DNA of 64,000 nt from an uncultured bacterium (GTDB lineage: Bacteria; Babelota; Babeliae; Babelales; Babelaceae): contig CAWFXL010000001.1 in the NCBI GenBank assembly GCA_963819815.1, positions 416,001 to 480,000 on the forward strand, read 5' to 3'. Below the pieces are notes generated by a model. The model saw only the letters and a list, made by a program, of their open reading frames with translations. It made no database searches and was not told the DNA's origin. How positions within the stretch are numbered: position 1 is the first letter of the stretch; the number at the start of each line of letters is the position of its first letter. The translations under genes were made by a program, and so were the position numbers. This document shows positions 10,171 to 20,663 of this stretch, piece by piece.

Positions 10171-11382
10171 ATGATTGCTTGTAAAGGGTTACTTATTTTA
10201 GGGGGCCTGCTGCTTACTCAATCGGTAACAGCCAGTTCTTCTGTGCGAAAAAGAAAATTCGAAACTGAAATTCCTCTTACCTATCAGCAAGAACAGACAA
10301 ACAAATTCATAGGTGCCGCACGACGGGGTGATACCAATACCATGCGCGCACTTTTACACAAAGGACTATCGGTTGACACCGTTGATGAACATGGATCAAC
10401 AGCACTTCACCATGCATCTGAAAAAAAACAACTCGATGCTGTCCTGCTACTTCTCTCCTTTCATGCTAGAGTAACTATTAAAAACAATGTTCAACAAACT
10501 CCTATTCATAAAGCGGTCTGTTGTAGCGCGCCTGATGAACAATCTGAAAAGATCTTGATGCACCTTCTTAATGCAGGAGCTCATCCGTATGAGCCAGATG
10601 GCGCACGAAAAACTGCGTTAAACTATGCCGACGAGAGAGGTCTTGAATCACTTGCAGGGTTAATGCGTAAACATCTTGAGGCTCGTGAAGTCCCAGTACC
10701 TCGTGTACAACCACCGCTAGAGCCTCAAGAGATCTCTTTTGAAGAGCTACAAAAGGACATAGGTTTGTGTAATCGGTGGTCATTGTCTGATCAAAAGTAT
10801 AGGGCTCTTTTCTATGGTGCTTTAGAAAAGGAAACGAATGCCTGCAGACATATTATTATTGATTGTTCTCTCTCAAAAATTAATGAACTGCCTAAAGAAG
10901 AGGCCTATGGGAGAGTTATGGCGGTATTACCTTACCTGAATGACGTCATTTCCTATGGGTGTCTTGGTTTAGGTCCAAAAAGTCACGTACAGTATCTTTG
11001 CTTTTTAGATGTGTGGAAGCATGCACTCGTTGTCGTTTACTTTGATGAACTAAGGCGGGGCATACTTCTTGATACTCCGTTCACTCAAGATGCACAAAAA
11101 ATAGCCCGTCTTTTTCTTGAAAAAAAAGTTCGAGAAGTGATTACAGAACTTGCAGAGAAGTTGCGTCAAGAAAAACCATATCTTCTCAATCTTACCTTTA
11201 CCAAAGAGATTCTTGAAGGCAAAGGTTTTGAAGAGTTTTTTGATGAAGCAGTTGCTTTACCTGCTATAATCAGGTCGCCTGCTGTAACGGTGTTTGACGA
11301 GATTGAAAAATACGAGATCCTCTTTAAAGAAAAGAAAAAAGCTGAACGGGATAAACGGAATGCTCAAAATATAAGAGGATAA
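10171..11382 (+). CDS. Secreted ankyrin repeat protein with NLS-like RKRK and unknown helical C-terminal domain
   Basis: AAGGAG RBS; signal peptide; GSTALHHAS, QQTPIHKAV, KTALNYA. Confidence 0.88.
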   Translation: MIACKGLLILGGLLLTQSVTASSSVRKRKFETEIPLTYQQEQTNKFIGAARRGDTNTMRALLHKGLSVDTVDEHGSTALHHASEKKQLDAVLLLLSFHARVTIKNNVQQTPIHKAVCCSAPDEQSEKILMHLLNAGAHPYEPDGARKTALNYADERGLESLAGLMRKHLEAREVPVPRVQPPLEPQEISFEELQKDIGLCNRWSLSDQKYRALFYGALEKETNACRHIIIDCSLSKINELPKEEAYGRVMAVLPYLNDVISYGCLGLGPKSHVQYLCFLDVWKHALVVVYFDELRRGILLDTPFTQDAQKIARLFLEKKVREVITELAEKLRQEKPYLLNLTFTKEILEGKGFEEFFDEAVALPAIIRSPAVTVFDEIEKYEILFKEKKKAERDKRNAQNIRG

Positions 11383-11791
11383 GAATATCTCTCAATCTAA
11401 ATCCCCATCTGAATTCGTTTACTCCTGTTGCCGGATTAGCACCATTAAATTGTACTACCACATCTACGATAGAAAGCAATGCCATAGCTAATTATATCTT
11501 TTCTAAGTATCGCAACTGTGTGGTTACGCCTTGTCTGATGGCTCTATACTTAACCGGGTACCATAGAAAGACTCAATAAGAATTTCTAATTCAAGGCAAA
11601 ATAATATAAGATCTTTATGATTTCGCCGCATATACGGTTTCGATGACCAGAGAAATCAAGCTCCATAGCTCAAGCGAGTTGGAGTAACTAGGAAACACTT
11701 ACAACTCTATAAAAAGGGGGCTTGTGAAAATTAATCATATGTTTCTAACTTCCAGCACAAACAGTACAAATTTTTAAATGAGGTCCAAACG

Positions 11792-13507
11792 ATGAAAAAA
11801 AGACTAATATTCACTATCGTACTTCTCTCTTTTCAGTCTAATCAGCTCAATGCAATGTACAAATCCAATACTGTTGCTCAAGACAATACATCAAAAAGCT
11901 CTCAACAAACTACACCAGCTATTGGTAAGCTCGTAATGCTCTCACTTTTATTAGGCGCTTCAGCCCTTCAAAATTCTCCGGTTCAAGAGGTAGAGCTTTG
12001 CAATTCCTATAAAGAATTTGCTAAGTCTATGGTAGTAAATGGCGCATCTTCGAATATCTTTCGTTGGGCTTGTGAAACAAATCACCCAGCATTAGTAAGA
12101 GAACTTATTTCGTTCGGGGCACGTCCTGATGTATTTGATGTCAGAACTGCCAGTGAATCCGGCCGCGCTGAAGTACTTAATGAACTCCTTAAATCCTTTG
12201 CGTACGGTCATGATGAGTTACCTGATCTTATTGAAACTGATACTCATAGCTGCAATACAGATGTCTGCAAACTTGATATGCGTGAAAAACGTAGAATAAT
12301 TAATTTTTATACTTATATGGATGGTGAATCCACACTGCATGAAGCCGCAAAAAGCGGGCACTTAGAGGTAGTCAAAAACCTGATAAATCATGGTGCCGAT
12401 ATTACCTTAACCGATTATAATGGCGCAAATCTTATGCACAAGGCTGCATATTCAGGTTCGGTAGATCTTTTGAAATTTTTAGTTGATAAAGGTTTTCCGA
12501 TGGATAAACCTGATAACAATGGGGTGACCCCACTTATGATTGCAAGCCAACGGGGTCATCTGCCTTTTGTTCAAGAGATTCTAAGGCTCAATAATAACCC
12601 ATTTTTTGCAAGGAAAAGATTAGATGAAGGCTGTGGATGGGGGATTTCATCATGTGGTTCGGAGAAGGCAGATAACAATGGGGTTACTGCTACTATGTAT
12701 GCAATAGATAGTGGTGATATAAAATTGGTCCAAGAACTGTGCAATTTTTTTCGCAAGGGTAGGCCCAACTCAGAAATATTCGAATCAAAAGATATGCAAG
12801 GAAATAATTTTGCGCACCGTGCGAGCGCTAAGGGATATCTTGAAATACTTGGGTATCTCATACAGGAAGGGGGAAAGCAGCTAGCCATTGATACCAAAAA
12901 TAGGAATGGGCAAGATCCTCTTTTGGTTGCAATAGAAAATGGACATCAAGCGATTGCTATCGCTCTGCTTAACCTAGAGGTTGATATCAATGGCGGAAAA
13001 TCGGAGCCGCGGAATCCCCTTCGTGTTGCCAGTGAACGAGGACTTACTAGTTTAGTTTCTGAACTTTTTGCAAGCGCTTTACTTAGCGTCGGACAATCAA
13101 CACAGTTGACTCCTCTTCTTGCTGCAAGCAAGCGAGGGCTTACGGATGTGGTTTCTGAACTTATAAAAAGAGGAGCTAACGTTTCTGTCTCCGATGTGCT
13201 TAGAAGAGACCCGCTTTACCTTGCAAGCTCAAATGGGCACGCTGAAGTAGTCGAAAAGCTGTTAGCCTGTAAAGAAGTTGACTTAAACAGTACTACTTAT
13301 TTTGGCTTTAATGCCTATGACGCGGCATCACTTTTTGGTCGCAAGGAGGTGCTTAAACTTCTCAAAGAGCATGGGGCTCAAAAGCAACTTCATGTATTCA
13401 CCTCACCGATTGGTCTCATAATTATTACTAATGCGGTAGCTCTGGGAGTTGTTGGGATTTGGTTTTGTGTAATTAAAAAAGGTACTGTTAAACCAGTTGT
13501 CAAGTAG
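11792..13507 (+). CDS. Secreted ankyrin repeat protein with C-terminal transmembrane anchor
   Basis: GAGG RBS; signal peptide; more than 10 ankyrin repeats; terminal IGLIIITNAVALGVVGIWFCVI-KK. Confidence 0.92.
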   Translation: MKKRLIFTIVLLSFQSNQLNAMYKSNTVAQDNTSKSSQQTTPAIGKLVMLSLLLGASALQNSPVQEVELCNSYKEFAKSMVVNGASSNIFRWACETNHPALVRELISFGARPDVFDVRTASESGRAEVLNELLKSFAYGHDELPDLIETDTHSCNTDVCKLDMREKRRIINFYTYMDGESTLHEAAKSGHLEVVKNLINHGADITLTDYNGANLMHKAAYSGSVDLLKFLVDKGFPMDKPDNNGVTPLMIASQRGHLPFVQEILRLNNNPFFARKRLDEGCGWGISSCGSEKADNNGVTATMYAIDSGDIKLVQELCNFFRKGRPNSEIFESKDMQGNNFAHRASAKGYLEILGYLIQEGGKQLAIDTKNRNGQDPLLVAIENGHQAIAIALLNLEVDINGGKSEPRNPLRVASERGLTSLVSELFASALLSVGQSTQLTPLLAASKRGLTDVVSELIKRGANVSVSDVLRRDPLYLASSNGHAEVVEKLLACKEVDLNSTTYFGFNAYDAASLFGRKEVLKLLKEHGAQKQLHVFTSPIGLIIITNAVALGVVGIWFCVIKKGTVKPVVK

Positions 13508-13698
13508 ATTCAGTAGCAGATGATTTCTGTCTGTTGGAAAAAAAGCAGCCCATACAGTTGTATCCGGGTTACGAAGTAACCGTCTGTACGGGATTGAAAG
13601 AGATAACTGAACCTATGTTTAAAGAAGACACGTATTAGTTGAAGCCCCTGGAGAACAAGCTCGCATAATTTAAAAGCCGACTACAACTAAACCGAATT

Positions 13699-13745
13699 AA
13701 CTGCAAAAGATCCTGGGGGAGTTAATCCTACGATCTTTTGCAGTT
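13699..13745. terminator. Inverted repeat between convergent genes
   Basis: aactgcaaaagatc...gatcttttgcagtt, 14-bp perfect arms. Confidence 0.6.
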
Positions 13746-13813
13746 CTTAGGGCGCAATTTTACCCCTTGCATGTCCGATTTCTATCTGTTTCCAGCTTAA
13801 AAGAGTACTGACG

Positions 13814-15259
13814 TTACGGATGTAAAAATTGTCCAAAATCAATGATGGAATAAAAATAATTTTCGTCAACCAATTGGTCTGTCACTCCATTAACCTGAAC
13901 CAAGGTAGGTATGCAAACGAAATTTTTGGGAACGTCTAGGCGACAAATTTTCTGCTTTACCTCTTGCATCACATTAATTCCTAGGGGATTTTTTGAGAAC
14001 TTAATTTCGACGATATAGAGGATATTAATTCTTGTTTGTATGAGAAAATCAATCTGGCATCTCGGTTTTGTTTTTGTTGCTCTCTGAAAAAACGGATTAG
14101 CGCCGACGACATCTTCTGGTTTGATTTTCAATGCACTAAGGAGTTCTAGCCTGTTATTCACCACGAGGTTCTCAAATTGGAAGCCCATACTAGTTTCCCA
14201 ACCTGGCAGAACAGAGAGCTGAATTGATGCTAAGAGCCTTTTCTCAATGTGAGATTTCCTTGGCTGTATATATTTAAGGTAAAATCGGAGATAATTGTCG
14301 CTTAATCTGTAATTATAGAGTCTTACCCGTTTACCCGTGCGCAGCGACCATGTCTCATCTTTTGATACAAACCCGGCTTCGGTTAAATCATCCAAATATT
14401 CTGATAGTCGGCCACTTTTAGGATACTCTGCAGAAACCGCTATTGTGCTTAGATCAGCAGGGCCATTTACAAGTGATTGTATAATTCTTTTGTATATCTT
14501 ATCGCGTCTACTAAAGAGTTCATGGAATATTAGATCAAAATCATTGACCAATATACCCCCTGGCGTGAAACATTGTCTTTTTATATTGTCATCAGCTGAA
14601 AGTTTTGGATCCATTTGTTCTATATACCAGGGGACTCCACCAGTAACAGAAAGTATTTTGAGAATTTCCATATCAGTCGTTTTAAAGCCTTGAGCTGTTA
14701 ACATGGCGTAACAATCTGAGAGGGGCAAAGGATCTAGATGCATTGTCCAAGAAATACGGCCAAAATAACCAGTGCTGCTAATGATATTTTTGTCTATCCA
14801 GGTTGACACTGAGCTACATAAAATTAAGATTAAACGCGGATTTTTCTTAAATGCGTCTTCCCAGGCATTCTTTAATTTGCTGAGAAATGCCGGGTCTCCC
14901 TCTGCCATCCATGAGATTTCATCAAATAGAATTATGAGCCGACCGGTTTGAACAAGTCTGCCTAACAAGAAAAAGAGGGCTCCCCAATCAGTTGTTTCAA
15001 GTATCGGAACGTTCAATTGTTCGCTAAGCTGCCGAGCAAACTCATTTCGTTGAGTTTGTGCCGTGACACCTTCGACTGGCGCCAAGCCGGTAAATTTGTA
15101 AAAAGTATTATTTTTTGCAAATTCTTCCACCATGCGGCTTTTGCCAATCCTACGTCTCCCCTTAATAACCAAGAGACTCGCGGTCTTTTTAGAGAGAAAA
15201 GGCCTCAATTGGGCTAGTTCTGCCTTGCGGCCAATAAATTTATTCGATTCATTCGACAT
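13814..15259 (-). CDS. Archaeal-type AAA ATPase (ATPase_2-like) with winged helix and C-terminal PD-(D/E)XK-like domain
   Basis: FIGRKAEL; Walker A GRRRIGKS; Walker B IILFDE; TGGVPWY; DNYLRFYLKYI; QIDFL...VEIK. Confidence 0.9.
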   Translation of the reverse strand: MSNESNKFIGRKAELAQLRPFLSKKTASLLVIKGRRRIGKSRMVEEFAKNNTFYKFTGLAPVEGVTAQTQRNEFARQLSEQLNVPILETTDWGALFFLLGRLVQTGRLIILFDEISWMAEGDPAFLSKLKNAWEDAFKKNPRLILILCSSVSTWIDKNIISSTGYFGRISWTMHLDPLPLSDCYAMLTAQGFKTTDMEILKILSVTGGVPWYIEQMDPKLSADDNIKRQCFTPGGILVNDFDLIFHELFSRRDKIYKRIIQSLVNGPADLSTIAVSAEYPKSGRLSEYLDDLTEAGFVSKDETWSLRTGKRVRLYNYRLSDNYLRFYLKYIQPRKSHIEKRLLASIQLSVLPGWETSMGFQFENLVVNNRLELLSALKIKPEDVVGANPFFQRATKTKPRCQIDFLIQTRINILYIVEIKFSKNPLGINVMQEVKQKICRLDVPKNFVCIPTLVQVNGVTDQLVDENYFYSIIDFGQFLHP

Positions 15260-15308
15260 AACGAAACCATTTGTTCACAAAAATAGGAAAATCTATTATT
15301 ATGAATCG

Positions 15309-15337
15309 AATATACGCTTTATCTTTATTCACGTCAA
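15309..15337 (-). promoter_or_regulatory. sigma70-like promoter of the ATPase gene
   Basis: Minus strand TTGACG-17 bp-TATATT, flanked by inverted repeats. Confidence 0.65.
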
Positions 15338-15388
15338 TAAAATTTTTTAGTTTGGTGAACAATTCTTTTGATTTTTGGTAAGGACTCC

Positions 15389-15448
15389 GTAACTAATATT
15401 GGTTCGACAGCACTACATATTGCAGCAGTCCTGAATCACAGGGTGTGA
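15389..15448 (+). pseudogene. Isolated ankyrin-repeat fragment
   Basis: Translates VTNIGSTALHIAAVLNHRV* with no start codon. Confidence 0.6.
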
Positions 15449-15829
15449 TTCCTCGAATCGATATATACGTAAAAACAATTATTTTCTTGAGACTTAGTTC
15501 GTGATCAAGCTTATTGGCCATATACTATCAAATACGGAACTTTCAAAAATGTCATGATGACCCACGCAAATACTAATGATGGCACTGTTCTTATCCAGCG
15601 AACACAACTTGTTTCCGTCAAAGATTCAGACGTAGGGCAGATTATTAAGACTATACTACAACATCAATTAGGTGGGGTAACATGAATGAATCGACCAAAA
15701 AAAACAGATTAACTCGTGTCATAACTGTGGCTACCTATCAAAATCAATCCCCATTGTTTTAGCTATGTGTAAAAACAACCTCCTAATAAAGCTTTTCGTA
15801 GAGTTTCTATCCGTTACTTGCTATGTTAT

Positions 15830-15857
15830 TTGACAATATCAGCACATCTGCTAATAT
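15830..15857 (+). promoter_or_regulatory. sigma70-like promoter
   Basis: TTGACA-16 bp-TAATAT with extended TG; GAGGA RBS before 15926. Confidence 0.55.
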
Positions 15858-15925
15858 TATTACTAATAGAATAATAACATTAATCAATCTGGTGGCACCT
15901 TTTCTTATTATACGAGGATCATATC

Positions 15926-17659
15926 ATGAAAAAAAGCATATTTTTTATTGGCATTCTTATAGGAAGCATATCCTGTGAAGCTATGGATGTTGTCAGCGTA
16001 CCTGATGCCAGTTCAAAGACCGTTACTCTTCTGGCGGGTACCCATCAAGACCCTATAAAGATATCAGTTCGTCACGCAAAACAACTTATAGGAATATGTG
16101 ATCTACTTACGTACTCTGATTCAGAAGAAGATATCCCTGTTCCCGTTGTCGCTAAAAATATACTTGAAGCGATTTGTGCGCAGCTTGAGCGCATTGCTCT
16201 GTATGGGGAAGGGCGGGATAAAAAACTGATTGACGCGATATATGATGATTTTAAGAAGCTCGATGATGATACCCTTATCGAAGTGTTACGAGCGGCTGAT
16301 TATTTAAATGTCGTTATCTTATTGAATGCTGCATTCTCTATTGCCAAAGAACGCTCACTCGAAAAAGCTTCACTTGAAAACCTTTCATCTTTACATATTC
16401 GTATTTCGAGACTTCTACTTGAGTATAGGATAGCTGCCATGCTTGGCGTTACTCACGAGCGAGGGAATTATTATTCTCAACAAGATCTAAGTAAGGTACC
16501 TGTGGTAACTCCATTAACTACCTACAATTGTCGTACTGGCGGAATTGAATGTGTTGCCGTCACGCATGACGATAAGATCATTTTTGGTTCTGATGGTATG
16601 GTACGGATTGTAGATAGGGCTGGCACGGAACTTGCCGCGTGGCGCCTTGAGGAACAGGTTACGGTCATATGTGTAACTCCTGATAATAAAATAGTTACTG
16701 GTTCATCCAATGGAATAATCCGAATCTGGGATATGGCTGGTAATCAGCTTGCGCAATGTGAAGGACACCAGCAGCATATCAAGTCGCTTTTTATTACTCC
16801 TGACCTTAAGATAGTTTCTAGTGCAGGTGATTATACGGTGCGCATCTGGGACATGTTTGGTAGAGAAATCGCCGTATGTGCTAATTCTTTTATTGCAGCT
16901 TTAACATCAGATAATAAAATTGTTACTGGTGAAATGTTGACCGGAACGATGAGGATCTTTGATATATCTGGTAACCAACTTGCACAATGGCAGGGACATC
17001 AAGATCAAATTTGGTCGTTGACCGTTACAAATGATAATAAGATAGTTTCAGGCTCTAAAGATACAACAATATGTGTATGGGACACTTCTGGTAACCGACT
17101 TGCAGAGTGTAAAGGTCATGAAGGTGGAGTTACAACATTATTCGTGACAGCAGATCATAAGATTGTTTCCGGTTCTGAAGATACAACTGTACGTATTTGG
17201 GATAGTACTGGTAACCAACTTGCTGTATGCAAAGGTCATGAAAGTCCTGTCACTGCAGTGCAAGCAACGTCCGAGGGGCGAATAGTATCCAGTTCATCCG
17301 ATTTTTCAGTACGAATCTGGGATATTAAAGGCAAACAGATAGGGCTCTGTAGAGGGCATACTGAAGCAGTTCAGAAACTATGCCTAGCCGCTGATGATTC
17401 TATCATCTCTGCCTCATATGATAGAACTTTGATCATTTGGGATATGCAGAAAGTTTTGTTGCTTTTACAGATTGCATCAATTACTCATGACCAAGCCACC
17501 GCTATCTGGGCTTTGCTGCAAAAATGGGCTTCCCCTGATGCGGATAAACAGAGCTATGTGAATATGATAGTAGAAGTTATTACTGGCAAGCAACATAGCG
17601 AGTTTCAGCCAGAAGCACAAGAAAGTTCAACGACTTGTTCAACATCCTCCATTCACTAG
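15926..17659 (+). CDS. Secreted Skp1/BTB-like plus WD40 repeat protein
   Basis: Signal peptide ending CEA-M; IPVPVVAKNILEAI and LIEVLRAADYLNV (Skp1-like); about 8 GH...IWD repeats. Confidence 0.92.
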   Translation: MKKSIFFIGILIGSISCEAMDVVSVPDASSKTVTLLAGTHQDPIKISVRHAKQLIGICDLLTYSDSEEDIPVPVVAKNILEAICAQLERIALYGEGRDKKLIDAIYDDFKKLDDDTLIEVLRAADYLNVVILLNAAFSIAKERSLEKASLENLSSLHIRISRLLLEYRIAAMLGVTHERGNYYSQQDLSKVPVVTPLTTYNCRTGGIECVAVTHDDKIIFGSDGMVRIVDRAGTELAAWRLEEQVTVICVTPDNKIVTGSSNGIIRIWDMAGNQLAQCEGHQQHIKSLFITPDLKIVSSAGDYTVRIWDMFGREIAVCANSFIAALTSDNKIVTGEMLTGTMRIFDISGNQLAQWQGHQDQIWSLTVTNDNKIVSGSKDTTICVWDTSGNRLAECKGHEGGVTTLFVTADHKIVSGSEDTTVRIWDSTGNQLAVCKGHESPVTAVQATSEGRIVSSSSDFSVRIWDIKGKQIGLCRGHTEAVQKLCLAADDSIISASYDRTLIIWDMQKVLLLLQIASITHDQATAIWALLQKWASPDADKQSYVNMIVEVITGKQHSEFQPEAQESSTTCSTSSIH

Positions 17660-18086
17660 GTGAACTATGCAATTCCCAGTCTACGAATTGAAATTATTAA
17701 ATAATAATTACACTATTGCGTCCATGCTTGAAAAGATTAGATACATCGGCTTCTCACGTTAATACCATAAAGAGAATCCGTTGTCTTATTTGTAAAATCA
17801 GATTTCACTTCTTAAGGAAGGTTAGCCTTTTTCAATGCATGCCTAAGAAATGCGCTTGAATTTATTGCATAGCAAGTATACGATACTGCTTACTGAAATA
17901 AACTATGGTTAATTAAAAGACCGACTCTTTTATGAAAGGTATCTATCACTATTATATGAGTTACAGACAAGTTCAACACAATTCGCTAGCCTGTCCATTA
18001 TGGAGTCATAGAAAACAAATAGATTAAATCTTTTCTTTGCAGACAGGGCACATCTTGGAATCGCTTCAATAATTCGCTCCACGCTT

Positions 18087-18116
18087 TTGACAACGGACTA
18101 AAATAGTTGTCATAAT
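18087..18116 (+). promoter_or_regulatory. sigma70-like promoter with overlapping inverted repeat
   Basis: TTGACA-18 bp-CATAAT; tgacaac...gttgtca palindrome spans the promoter. Confidence 0.55.
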
Positions 18117-18152
18117 AGGCTTGATATACGTTTTTTAACTATGAGGAAATAG

Positions 18153-19406
18153 ATGAAAAAATATACATTCTTACTTTTTCTTATGGCCAAGGGTTCTTTT
18201 ATTCAATCTATGACTAGCACTGCTCATGAAGTGGATTTAGGATCATATGCTAGCATTACTTCACAAAGTTCAGAAGAAATATTTCAAAAAGCAGTGAGTT
18301 GTGAACGAGTAAACGATCTTGAAAAGGCTAAAATCTTTTATGAGATAGCGGCTGATAAAGGACATGCGGCAGCACAAACTAAGGTAGGTGTTTTTTATGA
18401 AGAAGCAGGAAATAAAGAAAAAGCAAAGCGCTATTTCACCTTGGCAGCTGATCAAGGAGATTCTGAAGCTCAAAATAAATTGGGAGTACTCTTATATCAT
18501 GAAGGAAACAAAGAAGAAGCAGAACGCTTATGGAAATTAGCAACTGATAATGGGTATGACAGAGCTCAATATAACTTGGGTGTACTCCGTGAGAAAGAAG
18601 GAAACAAAGAGGAAGCAAAGCGCTTATACGAATTAGCGGCGCAACAAGGATGTGTTCTTGCTTACAATAACTTAGGGGTGCTCTTTGATGAGGAAGGAAA
18701 AAAAGAGGAAGCAAAACATTTCTATATATTAGCTGCGGATAAAGGGTGTGCTGAAGCTCAACATAATGTAGCCCTCCTATTTGAAGAGGAAGAAAATATG
18801 GAAAAAGCCAAACATTATTACAGACTAGCGGCCGATCAAGGAAATCGAGACGCACAAAATAACTTGGCAGCCATCTTTGATCAAGAAGGAAACATTGACG
18901 AAGCGCAGCATTATCATACATTAGCTGCTGACCAGGAATGTCCTAGCGATCTATCTTCTAGGGAACGCTTGGGTAAGAAGAAAGAAAACAAAAAAGGAGC
19001 AACGCACTATCCAACCTTTAAGTCTGATCAAAAATCTATGAGAGATCAATTTCTTATGGAACTAGTATTGAGAGCAGAAAGAAAAAAAGAGGAAGCCAAG
19101 GATTTCTGTAAGCTAGCCGCCGATCGCGGAGATGCCATGGGTCAAAATGAGTGGGCGAGGATCCTTGAAAAAGAAGGAGATACGCAGCAAGCGAGGCTCT
19201 ATTATACACTTGCTGCTGAACAAGGATATTCTATTGCTAACATTAACTTAGATAGGCTCGCGGAGGCATCAAGAAGCAAGGAGGAAGCAAAACGCATAGA
19301 AACATTAGCGCCTGAGCAAAAACGTCTTGACACTCAAGAGAATGTAGAAAAACTCTTTGCTAGAGAAAAAAAAACTGAGCAAGCCCCTCCTTGTAAAATG
19401 CAATGA
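18153..19406 (+). CDS. Secreted Sel1-like repeat protein with C-terminal CaaX-like motif
   Basis: Repeated AQxNLGVL...EEAKxxYxLAADQG units; ends CKMQ*. Confidence 0.92.
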   Translation: MKKYTFLLFLMAKGSFIQSMTSTAHEVDLGSYASITSQSSEEIFQKAVSCERVNDLEKAKIFYEIAADKGHAAAQTKVGVFYEEAGNKEKAKRYFTLAADQGDSEAQNKLGVLLYHEGNKEEAERLWKLATDNGYDRAQYNLGVLREKEGNKEEAKRLYELAAQQGCVLAYNNLGVLFDEEGKKEEAKHFYILAADKGCAEAQHNVALLFEEEENMEKAKHYYRLAADQGNRDAQNNLAAIFDQEGNIDEAQHYHTLAADQECPSDLSSRERLGKKKENKKGATHYPTFKSDQKSMRDQFLMELVLRAERKKEEAKDFCKLAADRGDAMGQNEWARILEKEGDTQQARLYYTLAAEQGYSIANINLDRLAEASRSKEEAKRIETLAPEQKRLDTQENVEKLFAREKKTEQAPPCKMQ

Positions 19407-19529
19407 ACCCTAAAAAAAGAATTTTTCTCCCTGAGCAGAAACCGGAAACCTGGCTTCAGGATAGGTTGGTCGTACCTGCAGATTGATAGTGAGCATTCTC
19501 GACAGCATCAAATGGTGCAATAAAAGAAA

Positions 19530-20663
19530 TCATTCACTTAATTCAAGTCGTGTCGCTTTTTTTCGACTCAATTTTGGCCGTTTTCTTTTATTTTGAAGAT
19601 CATCAGATATTGTATCTTTGAAGAGGCTGGTTATTGAAGTATACCCAAGATCTTGAGCTTGATCATGAGCCAGGGCACGATCTGTTTTTTTATCGCTCGT
19701 AGGTTGTTTGTGATTGAGTAGCGAAGCGCTAATCAAATCTTCTGCAGTCTCATTGAGCGCATTCAAGAGATCGCTAGTGGCACCAGCGGCCAGTAGAAGC
19801 TCTACCTGGTCGAAACTTCCTTTGCGCGCTGCACTATGAAGAGCGGTTTCACGTCGTTCGCTGTTATCCACGTCATCTAGAGGGACTTTAATTTTAATAA
19901 GTTCGGCAACTGTTTTGGTGAAATCTTCTGAAGAACTGGCTACCCCATAGTGAAGTGCCGTTCTTCCATCAAGACTTCTTGCCGTTACTATGGCGCGTGG
20001 GGCTATCAAGGGAATCAATGAGAAATGTCCAGCTGAGGCAGCGCAGTGCAGAGGGGTCATGCAAGCGTTGGTAACTGGATTTGCGATTAAAGCTTTTTCA
20101 TAGAGTGTTTTAAAAGTATTAAGGTGACCGCAGAGTGCCGCAAGATGCAGTGCTGATGTGCCTGTCTCATCTTTTGCTCCAAGTTGTTCCCCTACGTGGG
20201 ATGAAAGGAGTATAAGAAGGAAGTGTGCATTTCCAGCCTGAAGAGCGGTATGAAGAGGCATGTATTGATCTCTATTCTTAATAAGACGGTCTGCACCTGC
20301 TTCTAATAAAGCGTTTCCACATCCTGTATATCCATGTTTAGCGGCATGGTGAAGCGGGGTACAACCGGCATGATCTTGCGCGTTGGAAAGCGCACCACAT
20401 TTTACAAGCAAGCGCACGAGAGCAGTTCTCCCTTGCGATGCGGCAAGATGAAGCGCGGTTTGACCTGAAGCAGTAACCGCTGAAAGGTCGGCGCCTTGCT
20501 CAACAAGCTCCGCAATGAGATCTCCATGTCCTTCATTAACAGCTCTTAGCAACCGTTCATTTAAATGAGCTTTCATTAATCCGTCAGAATAAGCCTTCTG
20601 CATAGCAGTAACCGTTGAATAGGGAATAATTATCATGAGACACAGAAGAAATTGTATGTTCAC
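19530..20663 (-). CDS. Secreted ankyrin repeat protein with basic C-terminal NLS-like tail
   Basis: Signal peptide ending VTA-M; about 8 TALHxAA repeats; KRKRPKLSRKK. Confidence 0.92.
   Translation of the reverse strand: MNIQFLLCLMIIIPYSTVTAMQKAYSDGLMKAHLNERLLRAVNEGHGDLIAELVEQGADLSAVTASGQTALHLAASQGRTALVRLLVKCGALSNAQDHAGCTPLHHAAKHGYTGCGNALLEAGADRLIKNRDQYMPLHTALQAGNAHFLLILLSSHVGEQLGAKDETGTSALHLAALCGHLNTFKTLYEKALIANPVTNACMTPLHCAASAGHFSLIPLIAPRAIVTARSLDGRTALHYGVASSSEDFTKTVAELIKIKVPLDDVDNSERRETALHSAARKGSFDQVELLLAAGATSDLLNALNETAEDLISASLLNHKQPTSDKKTDRALAHDQAQDLGYTSITSLFKDTISDDLQNKRKRPKLSRKKATRLELSE

Noticed and set aside
11215..11260. EEFFDEA resembling an FFAT motif
   Set aside because: Deviates from EFFDAxE at position 5, lacks an acidic tract and is probably within a helix
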